From IMG/VR virus record IMGVR_UViG_3300022181_000006, positions 1 to 36,465 of that record: DNA of 36,465 bases, one strand, 5' to 3'. The notes below the pieces were generated by a model. It was not told where the DNA came from and ran no database searches. It was given only the letters and a program-made list of their open reading frames with translations. The first letter of the stretch is position 1, and every line of letters starts with the position of its first letter. Positions 1 to 7,957 of the stretch are shown here, in pieces. The DNA is from a virus (lineage: Duplodnaviria > Caudoviricetes). The position numbers and the translations under genes are program-made.

Positions 1-10
1 AGTATGGACG

Positions 11-87
11 TGGACATGGCTGAGGAACCCCCTTCGTTGTTCGATTGGCGTCAAACAACAGGGTTCTTGCCATGTCCATTCTTTTTT
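11..87 (+). terminator. long imperfect hairpin followed by T-tract (possible terminator)
   Basis: tggacatggc(t)gaggaaccc at 11-30 pairs with gggttcttgccatgtcca at 61-78; inner gttgtt 36-41 pairs with aacaac 54-59; followed by ttctttttt. Confidence 0.5.
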
Positions 88-202
88 CGCAACCTTGCAG
101 GTACTCATTTCCCGGAAGAGCCAAAAATATGGTCCGAATGATCTTGCCCGGAGAACAAAAACAAAAGATAGAACGTCGGGTCCTCTTGTCCAGACCAAGA
201 GA

Positions 203-958
203 CTATTTTCGTTTACTTCCCTTTTTACGTGAACCTCTGCTGAATTGCTCTCCCGTGATAGCCCGTTGGCTTTTCATGAAAGCCTTAAGATCCTTCAACT
301 GCTGGTCTTTGTCGGGGTCTGGATCCACAAACGGGGATTTACATTTCTCCCGGATTATCTCATCCGCACATTGATCAATCTCGAGTTTTCTGCCAAGAAT
401 TTTGTCACGAAGGGCAAGTATCTTCAGACGATAAGTACCTTTAAACCGATCAATGGACATTGTTGAAAGTTGAATAAGACCAAAAGCGATAATATCATTT
501 GCATAACTGAGTCTTTCCCTTAGTTCTCTAAGTCTACGCATTCTTAAGTTATTCAGACGCATAATTCTAATATTGAATTGGCCCGTATGTGTTAATGCAT
601 CCAAGCGAATACCATTTAATTTTAAATGATCTCGTGGATCATGTTTATCCGGTCTAAGTATAATATTACCCAATTTATCATCCAAATCATTTGGATAAAA
701 TGAACCTTTATTACTGTTACAAATTCGACATGAATAGAGAAGATTTGAATAATCAGAAGCTAAGTGAGGAAAATGTTTTTGTGGAAAATAGTGATCAATT
801 TCAAAGCTGATTGCATTAGCCTCAGCCTCTGTAATAAAACAATATGCACATGTATACCAAAAATCGTGACGAAGAAATTCTCTGTACATTGTATAGTCTT
901 TAGTTGGCTCGACAGATGATCTTTTTACAAGAGCTTTATTACTATTTTGTTGAGTCAT
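203..958 (-). CDS. HNH endonuclease (CxxC...HNH...CxxC type)
   Basis: CAYC, EIDHYFPQ, NLLYSCRICNSNK motifs; ATGA overlap with upstream gene. Confidence 0.85.
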   Translation of the reverse strand: MTQQNSNKALVKRSSVEPTKDYTMYREFLRHDFWYTCAYCFITEAEANAISFEIDHYFPQKHFPHLASDYSNLLYSCRICNSNKGSFYPNDLDDKLGNIILRPDKHDPRDHLKLNGIRLDALTHTGQFNIRIMRLNNLRMRRLRELRERLSYANDIIAFGLIQLSTMSIDRFKGTYRLKILALRDKILGRKLEIDQCADEIIREKCKSPFVDPDPDKDQQLKDLKAFMKSQRAITGEQFSRGSRKKGSKRK

Positions 959-1488
959 TTTTTTCTAGTCCCAAGTTGGACGGAGGTCAATTCTCTCATA
1001 ACTTTTTCTATGTCCTTTGAAAAACGCTCATAGCCGACAACGATAGTTTCAAGGCGGTCAAGTTCTTCACCGGACTCGGCATCTTCAATATTATCTAATT
1101 GCCAGCCAACCAATGCAAAGCGCCTTTCCTCCTTTTGGGACAGTCCAGTTCGGGATTTTTTCAGTGCTAAAACCCGATATTCCTCACGCAATTGTTCGAC
1201 TGCCTTTTTGGAAAATTTCTTGGCTGCTTCACGGCTCATTTTTCTGATCTTTGCTCGATCGAAGTAGTCTGGAGTCGGCAGCTCCCGAAAGAACGATTGC
1301 GTGAGATCACGAGGCTCGCCCTCCTGTACTTCTCTCTCTGCATCAAGTCGAAGGCCTCCAATTTTTGTAATGACATCAGAGGAATGCGACAATTCCTTGT
1401 GACTCCTCCCGGTCTCCAACAAGTCTCGCTGGGCAAGAGTTGACAAATCATCGATATCGGCGGTTCTTAGAGTTGATGACTTACTCAT
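955..1488 (-). CDS. hypothetical protein, charged helical; middle gene of three-gene operon
   Basis: 177-aa ORF overlapping both neighbours (8-nt and 4-nt overlaps); AT-rich like neighbours. Confidence 0.75.
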   Translation of the reverse strand: MSKSSTLRTADIDDLSTLAQRDLLETGRSHKELSHSSDVITKIGGLRLDAEREVQEGEPRDLTQSFFRELPTPDYFDRAKIRKMSREAAKKFSKKAVEQLREEYRVLALKKSRTGLSQKEERRFALVGWQLDNIEDAESGEELDRLETIVVGYERFSKDIEKVMRELTSVQLGTRKK

Positions 1489-2245
1489 AGATGAGATCTC
1501 CTTCTCCTATCTTTTCAAAATAACCCAAAGCACGATCCAAGCATTCCCGAAATTTCGTGCGAAAAGAGTTGGAGCTGAGTGAAGACGGCTCATTGTATAC
1601 TCTTTGCCAGTCAAGAACTAACTTAAATCCTGCTTCCTTTTTATCCTCATTATATTCCACATGGTGGTGACACCGTTCAAAAAAGCCTTCTCCTTCGTGA
1701 ATTCTGGCTGTGAGTCTAACTTGAAATTCCGAAAGATCTGTGCCCCAAGGCTTTGAAAGATGAGTCATCAATCTCGATACCCCTGGCGGCAAATTATCAT
1801 GATCAAGCTCAATTGTAGCTACGATACCAATAAAATTGAGATCGATGCCTTTTATGCCATCAAATATTGTGAGTAGCTCCATGAATTCTGCCTCAGTAGA
1901 GGCAATAAGATCACTATACATTTGGACATCAGGAAACGTAACGACAGGGAATGCTCCAGGGAGCTTTTCTTCCTCGACTTGATAATTGAAGCCTATAGAC
2001 ATGCGATTTCTAGCTATTTTATATGTGTAATCATCGGCATTTATTTCACAAGCCGATTCTTTTTTCTGGTTTACTTTCCATTTCTTATGTTTTGCAGCGA
2101 TATTGTCAAAAAATTTAGACAAGTGATGATTCAAATTAAGCACTATACTCAATGGCATATTAATACTTATTCCTATTGTAGGGACAGCCAAAACACCATC
2201 TATCCATGTCATCTCATCACCTCGCAATATGAAGTTCACTTTCAT
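1481..2245 (-). CDS. hypothetical alpha/beta protein, TIGR04255-like by pattern (start may be the second Met)
   Basis: 254-aa ORF; FIGIVATIE and LVLDWQ segments recall the RIGLRYIN / LDxD pattern of TIGR04255-type proteins; family call tentative. Confidence 0.6.
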   Translation of the reverse strand: MKVNFILRGDEMTWIDGVLAVPTIGISINMPLSIVLNLNHHLSKFFDNIAAKHKKWKVNQKKESACEINADDYTYKIARNRMSIGFNYQVEEEKLPGAFPVVTFPDVQMYSDLIASTEAEFMELLTIFDGIKGIDLNFIGIVATIELDHDNLPPGVSRLMTHLSKPWGTDLSEFQVRLTARIHEGEGFFERCHHHVEYNEDKKEAGFKLVLDWQRVYNEPSSLSSNSFRTKFRECLDRALGYFEKIGEGDLIYE

Positions 2246-2391
2246 GTGGCAAATCGCCGCAATAAACGCCTAGATACAAAGATCTCACCTGCGCTGATTG
2301 TAGCCCACAGTTGACTTTGCCTATTTTACAAATAACTTGGGCAAAAATTCCAACATCACAAAAAAATCTCAAAACAAAGATTATTTGGGAT

Positions 2392-2420
2392 ATGATATTT
2401 CACAGATCGATGATTGTCCA
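2392..2420 (-). promoter_or_regulatory. putative sigma70 promoter for the three-gene HNH operon
   Basis: minus strand TGGACA (2420-2415), 17 nt, TATCAT (2397-2392). Confidence 0.5.
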
Positions 2421-2469
2421 TATGAAAATCCGTTGCATTTTTATGATGTTAACATGTGGGACACGATAA

Positions 2470-4134
2470 TCACCACATAGCGGCCTGGGCTGGTTGTTCA
2501 CCAAACTCCTTCGGTGCCTGTTTGAAGGTCCTGCGGATAGGTGGCATTTGGACAAAGGCGCCTTTGAGCAGCTCGTCCACAGTGAGGATCTGAAGTTTGG
2601 GGTATTTCTTCCCCCAACCGGATTCATAAAACCCGGCAGAAGCGGCTTCCGTTTGCATGTCTTTTGTGGGCGACTCAAGGGTCATGAAGACGCCAATGCA
2701 AGCATTCTCGCGGTCCATTGTACCGCGCAGATCGCGAATATCTCCGCTCTTGACATGGCCACTTTTGACCTGGATCAAAACCTGTTTCGGGGTTGCTTTG
2801 GCGTCATCCTCAAATGAGATTATTCCGTCTATCCCCTTATCCTTGCCCTTTTTGCCTTTTTTTGAATCCTGCTGGCCGCCGATTGGTTTGGCTTGCACCA
2901 GGGAAAGCGCCCACCATTGGAATTGGTAGCGATTTTCACTCGCCAACTGACGTGCGGACGCAAGGTCGGTGGGTTCGCCAATAACCCTATAATCCTTGCC
3001 TGGAGTCAAAGCGAACATTGCTTCCAGACGGTATTTCTGCAACGCGATAGCCAAGTTGGTGATGTCGATGCCAATCCATCGCCTTCCAAGTTTTTGAGCA
3101 GAAGCGATAGCTGTTCCGCAGCCGCAAAATGGATCGAGGATTATTGAATCCTTGTCGCTGCTGGCCATAGTAATACGATCGAGCAGTGCAATAGGCTTTT
3201 GCGTAGGATAGCCCAGCCGTTCAGCAGCCTGCGCGCCGATGGGAGGAATATCATCCCAAATGTTTTGCAGTCGCTCGCCCGGGCTCTCGTCAGCATACAT
3301 CCTAAGACGCAAGGCGCCTCCCGGCTTAGAAGGAAAATGCAGCTTCTTCTCAGCGTCATATTGCTGGAGGCGCGCCAAATTGCATGACCAGCCATTAGGG
3401 TGAGGTTGGTAAGTGACGCCATTACTAGCGGTATAGGGGAAATGTAGGTTCGGGCGTGGACCCGGATTCCTCAAGGTGACCGACTGCCAGCGTCTTCCGT
3501 CCGGATCGTAATGGGGATATTTTCCGATTACTTCTTTTGCTGACAAACCGGCAAAAGGTTGGTTCCAGAGGTATGCATCCGTCTTGGCGTAGAAAAATAA
3601 AATATCTGAGATGCTTCCATAATTTCGACCCACATTCCCGTGCGCGAAGGTTCTTTTCCAAGTGATCTCATTTCTGAAATTCTCGATCCCAAATATTGTA
3701 TCGAGGACGATCTTTAGATAGTGACTGGCGGTGGGATCGCAATGGAGGTAAATGCTCCCGGTGGGTTTGAGCACGCGGTGCAGCTCGATGAGGCGTATGG
3801 TCATCATGACCAGATAGGCCATCATCTGGTTTGTGCCGATGAATTCCCGGAGGGCGCCTATCATCCTTACCACCCTGGGCGGGGCATCATGAATCAATTC
3901 GTGGTAGGTTTCTTCGGCGGCCATGTTCCAATGCCAGGAATCCTCGAAGGCCGTGATCTGAGCTTCCGATTCCTGGCCACTCTCGTCTTTGAAGAGAACA
4001 TTGTACGACCTGTTTGAGTTGAACGGAGGGTCCAGATAGATCAGGTCGATGCTGTTTGATGGAATATGCTCCCGCAGAATCGGCAGATTGTCGCCGTAGA
4101 ACAGTGTGTTCTGGGTGATTGGCTCGGGTGGCAT
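2470..4134 (-). CDS. beta-class N6/N4 DNA methyltransferase fused to C-terminal Mrr-like PD-(D/E)XK domain
   Basis: IYLDPPFN catalytic motif, YPTQKP, ILDPFCGCGT SAM motif; C-terminal DKGIDG...IQVKSG. Confidence 0.9.
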   Translation of the reverse strand: MPPEPITQNTLFYGDNLPILREHIPSNSIDLIYLDPPFNSNRSYNVLFKDESGQESEAQITAFEDSWHWNMAAEETYHELIHDAPPRVVRMIGALREFIGTNQMMAYLVMMTIRLIELHRVLKPTGSIYLHCDPTASHYLKIVLDTIFGIENFRNEITWKRTFAHGNVGRNYGSISDILFFYAKTDAYLWNQPFAGLSAKEVIGKYPHYDPDGRRWQSVTLRNPGPRPNLHFPYTASNGVTYQPHPNGWSCNLARLQQYDAEKKLHFPSKPGGALRLRMYADESPGERLQNIWDDIPPIGAQAAERLGYPTQKPIALLDRITMASSDKDSIILDPFCGCGTAIASAQKLGRRWIGIDITNLAIALQKYRLEAMFALTPGKDYRVIGEPTDLASARQLASENRYQFQWWALSLVQAKPIGGQQDSKKGKKGKDKGIDGIISFEDDAKATPKQVLIQVKSGHVKSGDIRDLRGTMDRENACIGVFMTLESPTKDMQTEAASAGFYESGWGKKYPKLQILTVDELLKGAFVQMPPIRRTFKQAPKEFGEQPAQAAMW

Positions 4135-4154
4135 CGGTATTCCTCAATGGGTGC

Positions 4155-4664
4155 TCATTCGCCATTGATGATTTGTTCGCGCAGTTTCTTGTATTCCTCT
4201 TTACTGATCTTGCCCTGTTTTTTCATTTCGTCGAGTTCGGCGAGTTGGTCCAGCCTGCTCTTCTTCGGTTCCTGAGGAGTTGGCGTTGCCTGAGCCGTTT
4301 CTGCGGCGGCTTTTGCAGGCTTGAGAATGACATGTGCGGGATTGGGGGTCAGGCTGTAGACGGCTCCCGTACCGTAATCGATGACTCCGCCCAGAATAAC
4401 CCCAGCTCCGGCCAGTGTTGGAAATACGCTGAGGGATTCCGGCTCGTAGCCCTCCTTGCTGAATCGGATCATAACACTTTGATTTCGCTTAAGAGTCACA
4501 TTACACGGCGTAGTGCATTTCTGGCCGTCGGATATCTGCGCAAGAGCGCCCGGCGGTTCGCTGGTGATGCTGAGCGGCTCTTCCGTCCCGCGTATCATGG
4601 TTGCGCAACCCGTCCCGATCAACACAACAGCAACAACGACCAATCGAGCCACATGCATGAACAT
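4155..4664 (-). CDS. PEGA-domain lipoprotein with C-terminal SHOCT domain
   Basis: hydrophobic leader and GTGC lipobox; ITSEPPGA...TTPCNVTLKR PEGA pattern; LDEMKKQGKISKEEYKKLREQII SHOCT pattern. Confidence 0.8.
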   Translation of the reverse strand: MFMHVARLVVVAVVLIGTGCATMIRGTEEPLSITSEPPGALAQISDGQKCTTPCNVTLKRNQSVMIRFSKEGYEPESLSVFPTLAGAGVILGGVIDYGTGAVYSLTPNPAHVILKPAKAAAETAQATPTPQEPKKSRLDQLAELDEMKKQGKISKEEYKKLREQIINGE

Positions 4665-4739
4665 TGTCCCCTCCCGAAGATAGAAGTTGGATTATGAGTT
4701 CCGCCGATCAACCACATTGCCTGCCGGGCAAAAGCGCCG

Positions 4740-4859
4740 TCAAGCAAGACAATCCAATGGAGCTCTCCTGGCGTCGTTGCGCTCGGGCAGCGATGTGGTG
4801 ACACATCCCGAAATCAGACACACCAGTACCAATGCAACAGTGACAACGATTTTCTTCAT
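4740..4859 (-). CDS. 39-aa small lipoprotein (not in ORF track)
   Basis: manual translation MKKIVVTVALVLVCLISGCVTTSLPERNDARRAPLDCLA; MKK, hydrophobic core, ISGC lipobox; ATGA overlap with upstream gene. Confidence 0.6.
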   Translation of the reverse strand: MKKIVVTVALVLVCLISGCVTTSLPERNDARRAPLDCLA

Positions 4860-5212
4860 GACGAGACTCCGGCGGTGAGGTTCCAGACGACTGCGATCGA
4901 CGAGAGGTATCGCAACAAAATCCTTCGCGCCTTGACGCGTTTCGATTCTGGAAGGGAGGCGGTGATGGAGTCGATTTCCTTGATGAGCCGGGCAGAATTG
5001 ACCGTCTGGTTCAAGTGGATGACGAGATTGCCGTGGACTTCGCCTATCATAAGACCTTTATTCCGAGCTGAGATCATTTGTTGCTTTGGAGGCCTGTCCG
5101 GGCTCCGGGCTTTCGGGCCGTCGACTTTGTCATTTCCAGGCTCAAGTTCCAGAAGAAGATCCATTACCTTGAATCTGAGGGGTTTTTTCATCACGCGTGC
5201 GTCCGCTTGCAT
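4856..5212 (-). CDS. hypothetical protein
   Basis: 118-aa ORF between predicted promoter and coupled lipoprotein gene. Confidence 0.6.
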   Translation of the reverse strand: MQADARVMKKPLRFKVMDLLLELEPGNDKVDGPKARSPDRPPKQQMISARNKGLMIGEVHGNLVIHLNQTVNSARLIKEIDSITASLPESKRVKARRILLRYLSSIAVVWNLTAGVSS

Positions 5213-5274
5213 GAGGAATATCTTGGATACACAGCGCCAACAGCGAAGGCGGGATGCTCATAAGCTTGGTAAGG

Positions 5275-5303
5275 ATAATAAACATGGAATTATGATTTTT
5301 CAA
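5275..5303 (-). promoter_or_regulatory. putative sigma70 promoter for leftward accessory genes
   Basis: minus strand TTGAAA (5303-5298), 17 nt, TATTAT (5280-5275). Confidence 0.55.
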
Positions 5304-5370
5304 ATTAAAAATAGGGGGATGGCGTGCAAATTCTTGGCGGGCATTGAAACATTTGAGGCGAAGCTTGGCT

Positions 5371-5952
5371 TCAGGCCACGAGCCGTAGATACCTGTTGAG
5401 TATGTCGGGCTCGAATTCCCCGCTGGCCAGGAACATCTCATAGAGCACCAGAATCAACTCGGCCTTCTTTTCATGGGCAAGGATCACATTTCTTACTTCC
5501 ATGAATTTCTCGACTCCGATGATCACTTCGCGGAGGATTTCCGGCTTGGCGGGCCGTCGAGACTCTTCCTTGGAGCCGGATCGGGCTTCCAAAGACTCGG
5601 AACCGCCCCGAGATTCCTCCATTTCATCGCCGCGATGCATCGCGCCGGTGCCGTACAGAAGCCAGTCCGATGATACACCATATTTTTTAGAAATCTCAAC
5701 GATCCACCCGGATGGGATCTGGCCTCTCTTCCTTGCCACACCGATAGATTGTTGTTTGATGCCCAATGCCCTTGCAAATTCAGTTTCATTCTTGGCATTC
5801 GTGGCAGCTTTAAGACGCTCCAAGATTTCGTTAAATTGCGTTGTCTCTTGGTTCGAAGCATTTAGGTGTTGCCGCGAACTTTGCTCCGAACCAGCAACGG
5901 AGCAAGGCGTATCAGTTATCCTATCGAATTTATTTGATATATCATTCGACAT
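5371..5952 (-). CDS. prophage repressor, CI-type HTH without S24 peptidase domain (start uncertain)
   Basis: ILERLKAA...FARALGIKQQSIGVARKRGQIP...SDWLLYGTG HTH; divergent from early operon. ATG 5952 preferred because 6039 lies across the promoter region. Confidence 0.85.
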   Translation of the reverse strand: MSNDISNKFDRITDTPCSVAGSEQSSRQHLNASNQETTQFNEILERLKAATNAKNETEFARALGIKQQSIGVARKRGQIPSGWIVEISKKYGVSSDWLLYGTGAMHRGDEMEESRGGSESLEARSGSKEESRRPAKPEILREVIIGVEKFMEVRNVILAHEKKAELILVLYEMFLASGEFEPDILNRYLRLVA

Positions 5953-5993
5953 CTTTGACACCACAAAAAACTTGCTACGAACCAGTTTTATTC

Positions 5994-6021
5994 TTGACTT
6001 CCACAGTTTTTTGTCTACAAT
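5994..6021 (+). promoter_or_regulatory. early lytic promoter (Pe-like)
   Basis: TTGACT 5994-5999, 16 nt, TACAAT 6016-6021, upstream of early operon. Confidence 0.65.
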
Positions 6022-6068
6022 CACAGTAAAGCGGTTCACAAACCACTTACACGGTACTGGAAAACGCG

Positions 6069-6533
6069 ATGCGGCGCAATGTCAAAGCAACAAAAAGTTT
6101 CGGACACTCGGGAGAGCAGCTTCGGCTCTGGGATCAGCTCGTGGTTGATCCGGGGGGGTCTCTGAAGGCTGCCATGAGCGAGGCCATCCGGAGCTGTGAT
6201 CGCTCCCGCGAGGAAATCGTCGAGTTAATGAATCGACTGGCCTCGCTGGCCGGGATCACGAACGGGACGACCCGGGCGGTGACCGCGGCGATCCTCGACA
6301 AGTGGGTCGCTCCCGGGGCGACGGCCTACCACATCCCGATCAGGTTGCTTCCGATCTTCTGTCGCGTCGTCGGCTCCAACATGCCTCTGCAGGCATACTC
6401 GGCCGCCTTCACGGGGGTGCGAATGATCACTCAGGAGGAATTCGGGATTTTGAAGTGGGCTCAGTCGGAAATGGAATACAGGCAAGCCAGGAAACGGGCG
6501 CGGCGGATGGCCCAGGAGGTGGGACTGGAATGA
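6069..6533 (+). CDS. phage regulatory protein (CII-like)
   Basis: SREEIVELM...ILDKWVAP...IPIRLLPIFCRVVG pattern typical of first early genes in transposable phages. Confidence 0.6.
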   Translation: MRRNVKATKSFGHSGEQLRLWDQLVVDPGGSLKAAMSEAIRSCDRSREEIVELMNRLASLAGITNGTTRAVTAAILDKWVAPGATAYHIPIRLLPIFCRVVGSNMPLQAYSAAFTGVRMITQEEFGILKWAQSEMEYRQARKRARRMAQEVGLE

Positions 6534-6739
6534 ATCAAAATCGCAAAGAAATCAAGAAGTGGTTGATCGACCAGGAACTCAGCCAAAAGGAAATTGCCAT
6601 TGATTTGGGCGTCTCGGAGGCGCTCGTCTCTCTGACCATCGCCGGCCGGAAGAAGAATCGGCGAGTGATCGAAGCGCTGCGTCAGCGCGGCTGCCCGGCG
6701 GAGTTTCTCGGGAGCGGGAAAGGAGAAGAGGCGGCATGA
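6530..6739 (+). CDS. Ner/Cro-like HTH regulator
   Basis: ATG 6530 (ATGA overlap); LSQKEIAIDLGVSEALVSLTIAG HTH. Confidence 0.75.
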   Translation: MNQNRKEIKKWLIDQELSQKEIAIDLGVSEALVSLTIAGRKKNRRVIEALRQRGCPAEFLGSGKGEEAA

Positions 6740-6966
6740 GGAATTGCTCCGGAAGGTTTGAACTGCGCGACGGGCTGCTGTTCCTAAAGACGGAAGGTCT
6801 CGATGGGTACTCCATTGTCACGTCAATAATCCCGGAAGCCCTGTCAGTAAATCCGAGAGAATTTTTTGAGCAACGGGAGTCGAGAAAGCCTTCACCTTCG
6901 ATCAGGTCGGCAACCCCGGAGGCGGCGGGCAGCGAAGAGGGATGCCCGAGGGGGCTGCTGGAATGA
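6736..6966 (+). CDS. hypothetical protein
   Basis: ATGA overlaps on both sides; gagg upstream. Confidence 0.55.
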   Translation: MRNCSGRFELRDGLLFLKTEGLDGYSIVTSIIPEALSVNPREFFEQRESRKPSPSIRSATPEAAGSEEGCPRGLLE

Positions 6967-7403
6967 AATACATAATGAGGTCTTTTATGAAAAAGGATTC
7001 GGACCTTCGAACGGCCAACGTCCAGCTATCAACGGCACAAGGTCGAGACATTCCTCCGAAGCGGCTCCAGCCATGTCGCGATATGAGATACCAATCCGAG
7101 ACTCAAGAAGATCGGCGGAGCGCAACATCGCCCCCGCGAGCCTTACGTGATAGGCGGCAGCCAGAATTAAACGACGACGTAAAACGGGGTCCTGCCATGC
7201 TTTCTTTTTTCGACGCACAGATGGAGTTGCAGAGACAAAGTGAATTATTTCCTGTCGATTCTCGACGGACCATCGAACCCATCCGCGTAAACCGAGGGTT
7301 TTGCAATCGCCTCGCAAGGCGTCTAAATCAATTTCGCTTAGAGATTCAGCTAGTTCCGTCACGAATCCGCTACATTGCGAGGCGTATGAGGCAAGGCTCA
7401 TGA
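6963..7403 (+). CDS. hypothetical protein
   Basis: ATG 6963 overlapping the previous stop; ATGA overlap downstream. Confidence 0.5.
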   Translation: MKYIMRSFMKKDSDLRTANVQLSTAQGRDIPPKRLQPCRDMRYQSETQEDRRSATSPPRALRDRRQPELNDDVKRGPAMLSFFDAQMELQRQSELFPVDSRRTIEPIRVNRGFCNRLARRLNQFRLEIQLVPSRIRYIARRMRQGS

Positions 7404-7651
7404 TCTCCACCTTTTCTTTGGGAATTAAGTGCAGGGAGGGTTCTACGGAAGCCGATGCGGGGATTCTACGAAAAGCGGTCCCCAAAATCAACGGTTTCAA
7501 CGGCTGGAGGAAGTCCCATATGGCCCCCCCCAAAGGCAAGGCATGGATGACGGACTTGTACGCGCTGTGGAGCGCCAATCCGGTCGGCTACAAGGACGGG
7601 CACGGCCTCCAGATTACTTATCGCGCGAGAAAAGGGAAATTTAAATCCTGA
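7400..7651 (+). CDS. hypothetical basic protein
   Basis: ATG 7400 overlapping previous stop; 83 aa. Confidence 0.5.
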   Translation: MISTFSLGIKCREGSTEADAGILRKAVPKINGFNGWRKSHMAPPKGKAWMTDLYALWSANPVGYKDGHGLQITYRARKGKFKS

Positions 7652-7666
7652 AGATAGGAGCACATC

Positions 7667-7957
7667 ATGTCAAACGGATCCTGCATAACACTCTCCGGCG
7701 ACCAAAGAAAACGGCGTGTCCTTGAAATCTTTGAATCGCTTCATGCGGATTGCATGGCGAAATATGGGATCAGCGGATTCTACTTCTGGAACCCTCCCGA
7801 TCTTTGCATGGTCTGTCCCGATTCGGATTCATGCCTGCCATCGAGCGACAAAATGGCTTCCTGCCTGGGGTTGAAGACGTTCCAGAGTCATCCTGGCAAT
7901 AACTGCAGTCCAGACTTTTACCACGACGGCCAGGAAGTTGAAACGGAAATGCCATGA
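7667..7957 (+). CDS. hypothetical Cys-rich protein
   Basis: aggag RBS; CMVCPDSDSC; ATGA overlap with transposase. Confidence 0.55.
   Translation: MSNGSCITLSGDQRKRRVLEIFESLHADCMAKYGISGFYFWNPPDLCMVCPDSDSCLPSSDKMASCLGLKTFQSHPGNNCSPDFYHDGQEVETEMP

Noticed and set aside
203-958. Calling the HNH gene Septu PtuB or a retron effector
   Set aside because: No ABC ATPase or reverse transcriptase in the operon.
2246-2469. Prophage left end (TG terminus) in this AT-rich gap
   Set aside because: No repeated end motifs recognised; cannot be tested without the right end.
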